Of a stretch of DNA of 64,000 nt, positions 52,901 through 62,675 are shown in pieces. Within the stretch, counting starts at the first letter, position 1; each line of letters starts with the position of its first letter. The stretch covers positions 4,712,001-4,776,000 of the forward strand of contig NC_134025.1 in NCBI RefSeq assembly GCF_964204645.1, written 5' to 3'. A program made the translations under genes and the position numbers. Source of the stretch: Tubulanus polymorphus (lineage: Eukaryota; Animalia; Nemertea). Below the pieces are notes generated by a model. The model was not told the origin of the DNA and ran no database searches. It saw nothing but the letters and a program-made list of their open reading frames with translations.

Positions 52901-55900
52901 ATAGATCCCTCACCACAAGAACTATCGCACATCTGTACGATAGATCCCTCACCACAAGAACTATCGCACATCTGTACTACCGATCCTTCACCACAAGAAC
53001 TATCACACACCTGTACTACCGATCCCTCACCACAAGAACTATCACACATCTGTACTACCGATCCCTCACCACAAGAACTATCACACAGCTGTACTACCGA
53101 TCCCTCACCACAAGAACTATCACACATCTGTACTATAGATCCTTCACCACAAGAACTATCGCACATCTGTACTACCGATCCCTCACCACAAGAACTATCA
53201 CACATCTGTACTATAGATCCTTCACCACAAGAACTATCACACACCTGTACTACCGATCCTTCACCACAAGAACTATCGCACATCTGTACTACCGATCCCT
53301 CACCACCACAAGAACTATCACACATCTGTTCTATAGATCCCTTACCACATGATGGATTTTCCGAAGAGAAGCACATAGCCATTGATTCCTCTTCGTCAGA
53401 ACTATCGATTCTATTTGAATCTCCCATATCGGCATCTGCTAGAATCAATCTTTCACCCTGTTTACCCAATGAACACGCATTACTACGCAGGTTGTCTATT
53501 TCAGAATGTTCATTGTTTTCACTTTTTCCATCAACGATATTTGTCGTATCCTTCATTTTAGCCACTGCCTCAGTTTCTACATCAGATACATCGTCACTTA
53601 TAATCTCCCCTCCACATTCCAGACAGCATGTGCTTATCTGAGGTATTGGGCAATTGCATTTATTAGTACTATCTATCTGTACAGGAGGGCCCAAACATTG
53701 AATCCCTATATCCTGGGTTAATATCGGGATACGTGATATGTTCAAATCCCTCATATCACACGAAAATGTAGCTTGAGATTCATTGTCAGAATCTTCGCAG
53801 AACTCTTTATCTTCACCGCCTCCAAGATGTCCTTCATCTGTGTCACTACTAAAAGATTCGGTACCAGATTCATCATCATCATCTAAGTCTCTCACAGATG
53901 ATGCATCGGAACTTTCCGAATAACTATAGTAGCTAACTCTTTTCAAGTAAGGTGATCTTAAGTAAGGGAATTCTTTAACTACTTCTGAAACAGTATTACA
54001 TATATCTTCCCCAGAGCCCTTTAAGGTTTCTATGCCTTCACACGTAGTTTTTGTTTCATTTTCAAAATGTTGGTTGTCGGTATCGTCTTTTGTAGAAGTA
54101 CTTAAAATCTCTTCAATTTCAATGGTGAAAGAGATTTCATTTTCCTCCTTAGTAACACTTTCATTATAGATTACGCTTTTATCGCTGTCACTGGGGTAAC
54201 TATCACTACATGTATCATCATTATCTGAACTAGTTTTTACATCATTTAGTGAAAATGTATTCGCTTCCGTGGATTTACTCAAAGAACACCAATCATTATC
54301 TATACCTACCGTGTAATCCCTTGAAGATTTTCGAATTTCATTTTGACTCTTGCGACGCCTGCTACTAGAGTGGAAAGTCTTTATATCTGGATCATCTAAT
54401 GAATAAGCGCGGGATTTCCGTTTTCGTATTTCGTTGAAGACATTTTCTTCATCTGAACTTTCAATGATATGTTCATCGAATTCAATCTTAGTATTCGTCC
54501 CTTTGTTTCTGAATCTAACAAAGTGCTCCGTACTTGTACCGACATTCTCATATTCGTTGTTCGTACACGTTCCTGTTGACATACACGAATTCAAGTCACT
54601 GGTACTAGTCGTTGTGCTGTATGTATCAATGCGTTCGACACTCGTTCCCAGTTCCCTTGTCGCTGCACACACGAGGACACTCTGATCCAATGTTGTTAGT
54701 GGAACTGTTTCAGAACTCGAATCAGCGCGTTCTACGATCAGTGTCATAGTTTGCTTATTCATTACTTCCTTATGAAACATTCTTGTACCGACATCTTTAA
54801 CGCGCATATCAGCGAATTCCATTTCGTTTCCACCGGCCCATTCTATAATTTCCGGAACCATTGTACTCTTCGTGGCTTTGGCTCCGTGTTGTTTAATCAC
54901 AGTTTCACGAGTCTGAGCATAAGCGCTCAATGATTCTAGGATAAAGTTCATCATTGGTGTTTTTCCCCGTAAAAATTTTCCCGGTTCCAGGTCGAGCTCT
55001 TCGATTGTTTCCGGTTTATTCTGATGCACATTCACAGCATTTTCAATGGGAACATATTGCTGGGGCCCCATACTGGAAAGTAGACCTTTGTAATAGTTCA
55101 ACAACTCCAGTTCTAATTCATGAGTCGAAGTCTCATCTTCATCGGTGAACGTAAGAAAATCAGAACCCGATGACGTGGTTGTCATGTCTGGTGAGACGGT
55201 ATTGCATCCGCTCTCGACAGAATACACTAACTCTGTATTCGATTCTCGATCTCGCGTTTCGAACTTCGTTGTCGTGTGTTTATGATGCACCACTTTGTCC
55301 TCGGTCAGCGTTTGTTTGTCGAAGTAAAGCCGATTTTCCGTATTGGTTTGTTTATTGTGTGGGATTGGTTCCATAGTGTTTGTAAACTTATCACTTGGCG
55401 TTGGTTTTTCCGTTTGAGTGCGGGTATGTACTCGTATCCTTTCCTCGGTATTCGTCTGCCTATTTCTCTGTGATGTTAGAACCGGGTCTGTTTCACACGA
55501 TACTTCCTTGGATTCATTTACTGTGATGGTTTCTTTATCGAATCCTATAGCTGGAATGCACGCCTGGATACAGTTATCGGTCCAAGATGATTTCATATTG
55601 CTGTCCATTGTGGTATATTCCTCGCGAATCTTACACATATCTGTTTGGGTTGCTGCAATACAGTTAGGTGATGCTTCCATTTCCGGAGAACTCGGCGACC
55701 GAAAACGACTGCTACCAAATCTTGGATGACTTGGTTTCGACCCACGATGCTCTTGCTTGCCGGAGTCCAGATATCCGAGGCACACTGAACCTTTGACGAA
55801 CTTGATATCTGGACTATTTTTTGTCTCTTTAATATCTGGAACTTTAATTTGAAGCAAAGACTCCATTCTTTCCCTAATATTCCGTTTTATTAGGAGTAAA

Positions 55901-56823
55901 TCAATTCCTTTGTTTTTCAACATCATCTCGGTCAAACTACATGTATGTTGAAGAGTTTGTAGTAATTGCTCCAGTTCATCTTTTCTCTCAACACCATTCA
56001 CAACATCCTTCCCGAAATGATCTTTCAGCTCTTTCACAATTTGCGTTTGCTTAGCTTTTATCGAATCAATCACCTGGGACGTAACGTCGTTTATTTGCTC
56101 TTCGATTTGTTTAATATCCGTAGCATGTTTTTCAATACACACCAATTGGTTTTTAACGTGGTCCATACGCGAACGACACGATGTGACCATTTCATTCAGA
56201 GAATCTGTATATTCGGTTATTCCTTCTTTTAACGAACAAACCTCGTGATTTCGGTGTTCTTGAAATGTGCAGACCACGCACACACACGATTCGCACGGTT
56301 TACAGTAGAATCTGATTGCTTCTTCTTCGTGAACTTTACACACTATGTCCTTCTGTGATTCAAGGTCGAAAACGTTGTGAGACTTTGTTACCTTGGTCAC
56401 TTTGTGAACCTCCGTGCAATCCTTACACATAGTTTTTGCGCATTCAATACATTTAGAACAGGCCGGCTTTGATGTTTCCAAAAACCTTATACAAATTTGA
56501 CAAATATCTTTCTCCTTCTTCGCTGGTTTGCTTTTGTTCACAACCTCAGTTAGATTTGACACGAGGAAATTGTCGGGTAGATTCTTTATTCCTCCAGAAG
56601 GGATGTCCGTTCGTTTTCGGCAGATCGGGCAAGATATACTTCGAGAAAAAATAACATAACGATAAGTGGTTCTTTCCATTTCAGAATCGTTGTGTTTCTC
56701 CAAGCACGCTGAACAAAACGTATGTAAGCATGCTAATGTTTTTGGTCGCTTGTACGTCTCGAAACATATTTTACACACGAGAAACTGGTCACTTATCTCC
56801 TGCATAAATTCCTGTTCTGCCAT
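49939..56823 (-). CDS. Giant TRIM/RBCC protein (TRIM56/TRIM45/TRIM2-3-like N-terminus) with ~1900-aa low-complexity tail; single 6.9-kb coding exon
   Basis: Uninterrupted 2294-aa ORF with C3HC4 RING (CKIC..CLHTFCSAC..CPIC), LPDNF, B-box1 (CQIC..CIEC..CKDC..H), B-box2 (CKVH..FYCKPC..CVVC..H..H) and a coiled coil. Splice acceptor at 56843-56842 just upstream of the ATG. No NHL, filamin or SPRY domain visible. Confidence 0.9.
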   Translation of the reverse strand: MAEQEFMQEISDQFLVCKICFETYKRPKTLACLHTFCSACLEKHNDSEMERTTYRYVIFSRSISCPICRKRTDIPSGGIKNLPDNFLVSNLTEVVNKSKPAKKEKDICQICIRFLETSKPACSKCIECAKTMCKDCTEVHKVTKVTKSHNVFDLESQKDIVCKVHEEEAIRFYCKPCESCVCVVCTFQEHRNHEVCSLKEGITEYTDSLNEMVTSCRSRMDHVKNQLVCIEKHATDIKQIEEQINDVTSQVIDSIKAKQTQIVKELKDHFGKDVVNGVERKDELEQLLQTLQHTCSLTEMMLKNKGIDLLLIKRNIRERMESLLQIKVPDIKETKNSPDIKFVKGSVCLGYLDSGKQEHRGSKPSHPRFGSSRFRSPSSPEMEASPNCIAATQTDMCKIREEYTTMDSNMKSSWTDNCIQACIPAIGFDKETITVNESKEVSCETDPVLTSQRNRQTNTEERIRVHTRTQTEKPTPSDKFTNTMEPIPHNKQTNTENRLYFDKQTLTEDKVVHHKHTTTKFETRDRESNTELVYSVESGCNTVSPDMTTTSSGSDFLTFTDEDETSTHELELELLNYYKGLLSSMGPQQYVPIENAVNVHQNKPETIEELDLEPGKFLRGKTPMMNFILESLSAYAQTRETVIKQHGAKATKSTMVPEIIEWAGGNEMEFADMRVKDVGTRMFHKEVMNKQTMTLIVERADSSSETVPLTTLDQSVLVCAATRELGTSVERIDTYSTTTSTSDLNSCMSTGTCTNNEYENVGTSTEHFVRFRNKGTNTKIEFDEHIIESSDEENVFNEIRKRKSRAYSLDDPDIKTFHSSSRRRKSQNEIRKSSRDYTVGIDNDWCSLSKSTEANTFSLNDVKTSSDNDDTCSDSYPSDSDKSVIYNESVTKEENEISFTIEIEEILSTSTKDDTDNQHFENETKTTCEGIETLKGSGEDICNTVSEVVKEFPYLRSPYLKRVSYYSYSESSDASSVRDLDDDDESGTESFSSDTDEGHLGGGEDKEFCEDSDNESQATFSCDMRDLNISRIPILTQDIGIQCLGPPVQIDSTNKCNCPIPQISTCCLECGGEIISDDVSDVETEAVAKMKDTTNIVDGKSENNEHSEIDNLRSNACSLGKQGERLILADADMGDSNRIDSSDEEESMAMCFSSENPSCGKGSIEQMCDSSCGGEGSVVQMCDSSCGEGSVVQVCDSSCGEGSIVQMCDSSCGEGSVVQMCDSSCGEGSIVQMCDSSCGEGSVVQLCDSSCGEGSVVQMCDSSCGEGSVVQVCDSSCGEGSVVQMCDSSCGEGSIVQMCDSSCGEGSIVQMCDSSCGEGSVVQMCDSSCGEGSIVQMCDNSCGEGSIVQMCDSSCGEGSIVQMCDSSCGEGSIVQMCDSSCGEGSIVQMCDSSCGEGSIVQMCDSSCGEGSIVQMCDSSCGEGSVVQMCDSSCGEGSIVQMCDNSCGEGSIVQMCDSSCGEGSIVQMCDSSCGEGSIVQMCDSSCGEGSIVQMCDSSCGEGSIVQMCDSSCGEGSIVQMCDSSCGEGSVVQMCDSSCGEGSVVLMCDSSCGEGSIVQMCDSSCGEGSIEQMCDSSCGDGSIVQMCDSSCGEGSVVQMCDSSCGEGSIVQMCDSSCGEGSVVQMCDSSCGEGSIVQMCDSSCGEGSIVQMCDSSCGEGSAEVREMKDEASNSEPVNMVDAEIGDDCFMALTSDAETQSDMKSYVNVAVGVFPVCQDEITFVDQYALGLMKSVECSGSVSTASDKACDALVHDTSDAGCDARTVELQDVELNTDYVEKIDRRSGDDSRSVFSVDNSMMTEHIIQKNFGVYVRPRTSTKETLTDQPDICDAATSTGCHGIREVGTMTKLRKRSEKPATEDISIEIRPDMSDASVQETPIMVDDWTQKGQSLNSENIQRDGVKLISNGRDPVYEVCNTTKNGSHSNQSYKLVTENIVKLDKHVGTEDLNAFTSVNVGADTRKILLASPCRRYSLPSKPETSNSSSLTDINMVNMPMSLVSSKSLRKGSIGSIGYGAPARHGYGIVIGFGPKPSLGSAYHSRDDTGSIKRTIETADKAVSVGTEMYSSDLYCLDPIREASIDICAEPPKPPPRTVGKRLQCYLSRLGKSKKESAAEADPSKKQTKDLARRKRPDISSLLSLSSESSTSFMDPCGNSPSTPVSVKSWSSVESEPNEKELKKRQKKEKKLRKELEKEQMKDNKRKMKHFKDHYSKSLPSSAPMQFNAIEPPKYKKISKPLFQFKRFTKSSSALSAEMAAPLAAPLEPASSVGSIGSDDSDVPPPRPPLPRSYSLPERAFID
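51850..53349 (-). repeat. Coding minisatellite: ~38 copies of a 39-bp unit encoding MCDSSCGEGS(I/V)VQ
   Basis: Plus-strand unit agatccctcaccacaagaactatcacacatctgtactat. About 1.5 kb, near-identical copies, one 3-bp insertion, reading frame preserved throughout. Confidence 0.97.
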
Positions 56824-59129
56824 CTTGAATTATGTTACGTTCTGAAATAGACAGCAACCAATATGATACCATGCAGTAAGAATGAACTATGTTCACGGTA
56901 GAATGAACCTACCCTTGCAGATGGTTTAGATCGCTTATCGGTTGGTGTGTATTGTATATCGGTTAGCTACTAGCCTCATCCGTTGTTACCTAGAATAATA
57001 ATTGACGAAATAATCTGAAATAAAAATGATGATTTATCCCGTATAACACTTCATCTTATATGAATGATGTTTTATACCGTTCAGGTAAAGGTTATCGGTG
57101 TATCACACAGGTGTTTTTCCGACGTCTATATGTATAACATATTTAGTAAGCAGTAGTTGTACTGTCTTCTCCCACCTGCATAAACTCTAATTTCTATTGC
57201 TCAATGGAACGAAAAGTAAGAATCTTGCATGAAGTTTAAGAGAAATGTATGAAAGAACTTCGCTAATGGTTTTTCTCGAGAAGCGCAAATTCTTAGGATG
57301 CATTCACTATTCGAAGAACGCAATAAAACTAACTTCGGTCCGTTTTGTTATATTGTTAACTAGCAAACATCAATTCTGTTCACTGTTCGTGTCTGTTAGA
57401 GAAGTAAATGAACTGAAATATTCCCTCTGCATGATAGAAACTACGTAGAGAGGAATTTCGCGTAAACAAACCTATTCCTAATAATGCTCGAAATATCTTT
57501 ACCTGCTTATTATTTCCGTAGGTGAATATATGCCGGGTTGGGATAAAATCGTACACGAAACCAAAAAGAAAACGCCATCTGAAATACAGGGAATAACGAC
57601 GTATTACTAACATAATCATTAGAAAACTTGATCGGGAGAAAATACCAGGCAGAATTTTCCGTCGATACGCCTACAGACTTATGTAATCTCTATGTTGCTA
57701 TCAAGAATGCCAGGGGTCCTACACTAACCCACGATAAACATTTCCTGGATTCTTGTAAACCACAGGTGATAAAAAAGCGACCTATTGTCAGAGAGATCTT
57801 TCATAACAAAGGTTGCCATTCGTGATTCGATCATTTTGTTTTCGCCGTTATTTTGTCAAATTGATATTACTGATCTGTGGGATAGCCCTGATTATACAAA
57901 ATCAAAAAGCCTTAAAGAAGATGGCGAATTTCGACTTGCAAATTTCGAAATGCGACTTGCAGATTTGTTGAAAGCTTTCCAAAAGATAACACGTACGCCT
58001 ACTATACTTCAAAAGTCGACGTTTAAATATTTAGTCTAACTCGCAGAGTTCTAAGAAAACACCAGAACGCTGGAAGCTATCCGAGTCCTTATTACCTACC
58101 AACTGTGAAAATACTACCGAATTCAGGTTGAGAAAATCATGTTTGGAATTATCGAGAGATAATTCATTTGCTACATTCGAGTACCAATTCCTCGATAGGT
58201 TTTAGTTCATCTTAAAGATTGCAATTTCATCGAAGTAAAGTAAAACACTCATAATTCAATGAAGAAAAGGGACCAAACACCTAAATATCTGGCTCCGGTC
58301 AAGAAAAGCTATTAAAACTGAATATCACCTGATTTGAATGAGGTCTAAAAGAAATACATGTACACCTACCGACATTACGACGTTTTCCATCATGCAGATT
58401 ATTCCAAAGCATTCAGCACAGCCATCCCTTCTTGCACTACCAAAGCGTTCGGCTGTTTGTAGTTATTTTCGTCACGTGGCATGCGCTTATTCTTATACCT
58501 GCGTATTTGTCGGTGAGAAAGAATTAAGTTTTCCACTTCCCAACCGATGCCGGGGATGCAGCTATTATTGGTACGCATTTCATAAATGTATACCTGTATG
58601 TTGGTGAAAACACCACACTCGATCGTGGTTGGAAAATAAACCATTTTGGCCTGTTTATGAACTTGTTAACAACAATACATACCTAATTAGTAAGGCATGA
58701 TTCACAAGGCTGATTCCTGATGATGCCTGAAAAAGACGATAAGGATGGCCAAGGTGCTACAGCGTTATAATAGGGCCAACTGTAATTATGGTAGACCTAC
58801 CATGATATCAGTTTAAGATTATTTTGAATTATTACATCAAATCATTATCAAGATTTTTGAAAATAGATTCGATTATGAAATGGTAACCGTGGGAAATATC
58901 ATGACTATTCAGACGCTGAACACGTTGTTATATAAAAGACGGATAACCTAGGTGCCGAACTTGTGAAAGACCCGTTAGATGATTTATGAAGCTTATAGAA
59001 TGCGTTATTGATAAGCCTTACCTGAAGAGAATATATTCAATGTAATTATCGACCTGTCTATTCGGTGATAAGTGAAATACATCATTCACACGAAATTCCA
59101 TCATTGCACTAAGACGAGGTCTCGACGAC

Positions 59130-60338
59130 ATGGGTTTATTTGGAGTAACATACGTATTTGTGACCCTCTTAACAGGTACAGTTTCCAGCTCAGGGTGCAC
59201 TCGAGAGGTATGTGCCTATCACTGCAGGATAATCAACGCAAATTGTTTTGGAATGATTGTAAATGCCGAGTCTGATGGTTTATGTTGTCGTCGCGTAACT
59301 TCTGAGTCGTCAGTAATCAATGGTGAATATACTTGAAAACATTATGATATATAAAATTATTATCATATCTATATGTCGTTACTAAAAAAGTACAATACAA
59401 AATACAGTCATCACTATTACATTTAAGAAAAGTTAAAGAAAGTACTTCTGTATTGTAAAGGGTGGAAAGAAAAGGACTAAAAAGGACCCCAAATGCGGGT
59501 ATGATTTTGATAAAAAGGCCCGGGCGGAATTAGAATTGGACGAGTTGGGTTGGGCGACTGAAGATCTGTCGGAAGGTATCTTAAGTCATCTTGACCAAAC
59601 CTAACTTCAAAATTCATTCATAATCGGTTTTGTGAAATACGGTGGTGATTCGGTAAAGAATAGATCAGTGCCGAGAGAATTGATTCATTTTTATCACAGA
59701 AACGGAAGATTTCGAAACAGGAATTGGTTTCTGGAAACCAAGTGAAAATCTTGGGAAGTGGACTCGATATAAGGGGATTACCCCGTCGCCCAATACGGGA
59801 CCAGATGGTGATCATACATCTGGTACAGGTAGGAACTCTCCCGTCCCCCAAAGAGATTCTATTTGTATATTGATGCTGAGAATTCCAGATAGACTTTCTA
59901 TCGCATAGGTTACTATATGTATCTGGAAGCATCCACCTCAATGAATAACGTTGCGACTTTGTGGAGAAAGATAACCACGGCGACATCAAGCAATTGTACA
60001 ATGCAGTTCTCGTATCACATGTATGGAAGTACAATCGGATCGCTTAGCGTCAAAATTCAATCGACAGAAGTTTGGAGTCGTTATGGAGATCAAGGAAATC
60101 AATGGTATTCTGACAGCTTGGCATTAGCTAGTGGTGTCACTGACATGGAAGTAAGGAAAATTTCAGTAAATGCATAACATTTCAAAGCGTTCTCTTGGTT
60201 TGCGGTTGTTTATCATTGTACATTCCTCCTTGGTTTTTATATGAAACTCTTATATTGTAGATCAGATTTGTTGGCTACAAGGGCTCAAGTTTTACGGGTG
60301 ATATTGCTCTTGATGATATCATATTCACGAATTGTTAA
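59130..60338 (+). CDS. Small, probably secreted single-MAM-domain protein (~164 aa). Exons 59130-59175 (tentative), 59700-59828, 59909-60150, 60261-60338
   Basis: Spliced translation gives [66 protein letters not shown] and GDIALDDIIFTNC-stop, all MAM hallmarks. The hydrophobic first exon with a phase-1 donor is the least certain part. Confidence 0.85.
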
Positions 60339-60713
60339 TGTGATTTGACAGCATTTGAAGTTTGCCTCTGCCTGAGTTCTGAGAACTCACAGCTGTCTTG
60401 GATTTTTCGTTGTTCGATGAACTTCTTCACGTGTTTTCTACTCCTGTATCCCACCCAACAGATATAAACATAACACAATAAATGGTTTCTCAATTTTGAG
60501 ATGATATTTTGATGTTAGAGCATTTTGTTTAAATAAGAGGTCATATGCATAGTATGCGTGGTCATATGCGTAGTATGCGTCATCCAATTTTACGAGGTCC
60601 AAATGTTCAGCAAGAATGTTTCTAATATAGTTTGAACATTTTGAAGATACATGTATTATCATTATACTTATTAATGTTTGTATCTGGAACTTCCTGTATT
60701 TCTTATCCACGTG

Positions 60714-61775
60714 CTAACGATGCTGGTGGCACATAGTTCGCAGTTGTTTTCGAAAGCGACGCCGCGAAGCGCAATATATAAAGAAATTATTTGATGCTAC
60801 AATCATCCTGAGTAATTTCTGAAAAGCATTCAAATATAGGGACGTGGAACCTAGACCAATAATACCGTTGCTACTATTAACTAGATTGCTTATGGCTGCT
60901 TTCAGTTGAAACGATTTTTTCAATAGAAAGAAACACGAAATGATAACTAATGTCAACGTTAAACTGCGGTCATGTTCGTTGGTATGATTTGAAGACATTG
61001 TTTTTCTAGCTGCATTAGCAGATTTCAAAGTTAAAATCAATCGCATTGTGGTCATAAATACTATTACAGTGGGAATGAATACAAATGTTGGCGCGCGAGC
61101 AAATGTCTCGTAGTATCGTATATAAATGTTTCTTCCAAATGATGTATATTTTTGTGTCCATCGCTCGTAGCCAGTGCATGGATTGCGCGAACGGCGAGTC
61201 GTATAAAAGAAGAAATTCTTTACACCGTCACTGGCAGATATCAAAACGAGTAAGGTGAAGAATATGTAACTTTTCTTAATTGTGATAACTTTTCTTGCCT
61301 TTAGAGGCCAACACACGGCGATATATCTGTCTGCAGCGATCAGGAATGTTACGAGATCACCAATATGTGCAAATATAAGTTGAAAGTTTTGTGTATAAGA
61401 AAACAGTCGTTTCATAGTATGATTTATTTCGGAGGTCATGTCCAACAGCAAAGTGCGACTGTAGAGCTGATAATGAAAATCAAATGTCACATACATTAAA
61501 CAAACAAGCAGATCAGCAATGGCCAAACATTTCAAATAAAATATGCTTGTGTTACTGGATCGTTCTTTAAACAGAATAATGAAAGACAAAATGTTTGCGC
61601 AGACACCGAAGATCGCAATACTGAAAATTGTATAATTCATAACTTGTAGAAACATGTTCACATGTAGTGGTTTGTAATCGGCATGATGAATATAATTACA
61701 CCGAGGATGGGGTTTAAACCCTCCTTCGGTCGTTGAACTGACAATTACATCTGATATATTGAAAAGCTGTCTCAT
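60714..61775 (-). CDS. Divergent class A GPCR, FMRFamide/sex-peptide-receptor-like (possibly chemosensory) subfamily; single exon
   Basis: 353 aa, 7 TM segments, YLKCLAIADL, DRYIAVCWPLKA, TM7 ASNNFFIYC (NFxxY instead of NPxxY) and helix 8 RRFRKQL. Confidence 0.86.
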   Translation of the reverse strand: MRQLFNISDVIVSSTTEGGFKPHPRCNYIHHADYKPLHVNMFLQVMNYTIFSIAIFGVCANILSFIILFKERSSNTSIFYLKCLAIADLLVCLMYVTFDFHYQLYSRTLLLDMTSEINHTMKRLFSYTQNFQLIFAHIGDLVTFLIAADRYIAVCWPLKARKVITIKKSYIFFTLLVLISASDGVKNFFFYTTRRSRNPCTGYERWTQKYTSFGRNIYIRYYETFARAPTFVFIPTVIVFMTTMRLILTLKSANAARKTMSSNHTNEHDRSLTLTLVIISCFFLLKKSFQLKAAISNLVNSSNGIIGLGSTSLYLNAFQKLLRMIVASNNFFIYCASRRRFRKQLRTMCHQHR

Positions 61776-62298
61776 GATAATACTCTCACTACAACTCGAT
61801 AACTGAGAAGATTGCTGGAACAGAGCTTCGCACCCAACACTTTACTAGACGATTAACGGCACGCCGATCAGCCCCAGACTGCCGGCGGCATCAATCGATA
61901 CGTATGAAGATTATTCATGTATTGATCGAAGATATTCGTAATTTGCGACTCAGTTAGAGGCTACTTTGTAGCCTTTGATTTGTCGCCTCGAATAACATGT
62001 AAGCTTGTTGTTTTTTGGAATAAACCATCGCTTAACCAAGCCGGACAATACCCTTGAAAATCCTGGCGTAAGGGCAAGACGAAATGGCGAACTTCAGCTG
62101 CTTTCTTAGCTAGTGAACTAGAGCTAATTAACCAGATGCACTATAGTTCGGTCGCCGTAACAATTATCGTCGGCTATCTTGGACATTTCGGCCGTATACA
62201 GCGACCCAGCGCGCTAAATTCTGTTGTCGACCAGGGCTAGTTCCGGCCCACAAAGAGAGTGGCCAGCGTGGTGGACCATTTTCGGACCATAATTTCGC

Positions 62299-62453
62299 CT
62301 AACTGACATTCGGTTTGTGGCTCTAAAGTCCAGGGTCAACTTCGGTGGAGTTAGTCGACTGTAGTCGAACTAAATGAAACCGAAAGTCAGTTAGTCGGAA
62401 CTATATTCTGGATATAATTCGTAAATTGAGCGCATTCGGTTATTAGTTCCGAC
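62299..62453. repeat. Two adjacent inverted repeats between the divergent GPCR and TRMT6 genes (possible MITE remnant)
   Basis: ctaactgacattcggttt (62299-62316) / aaaccgaaagtcagttag (62377-62394) match 17/18. gtcggaacta (62394-62403) / tagttccgac (62444-62453) match 10/10. Confidence 0.6.
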
Positions 62454-62675
62454 CACTAGTCGACTAGATACGAAAACCAAATTTGGCCCAGGCTGCCGGC
62501 CCGACGACCCACCGCTCGCGCGCAACAATCGAATGTCCTGTCCAGTATTCCGCTCTGGAACGCGGTTAGGGGAACACTGGCCAAGAATGGATTTTCAAGG
62601 TCGTTGGCCATGTAAATATTGAATGTAGCATTTCTGCTTGTTTACTCCTCCACGTTTTAATTGATACTGGTAATC

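Noticed and set aside
51850-53349. Regular repeat array considered as a CRISPR array
   Set aside because: Units are head-to-tail with no unique spacers, lie inside a eukaryotic ORF, and no cas genes are present.
60539-60580. 21-bp tandem duplication, and similar short duplications at ~13939, ~23510, ~28513, ~31297 and ~40594
   Set aside because: Ordinary slippage-type micro-duplications with no further structure.
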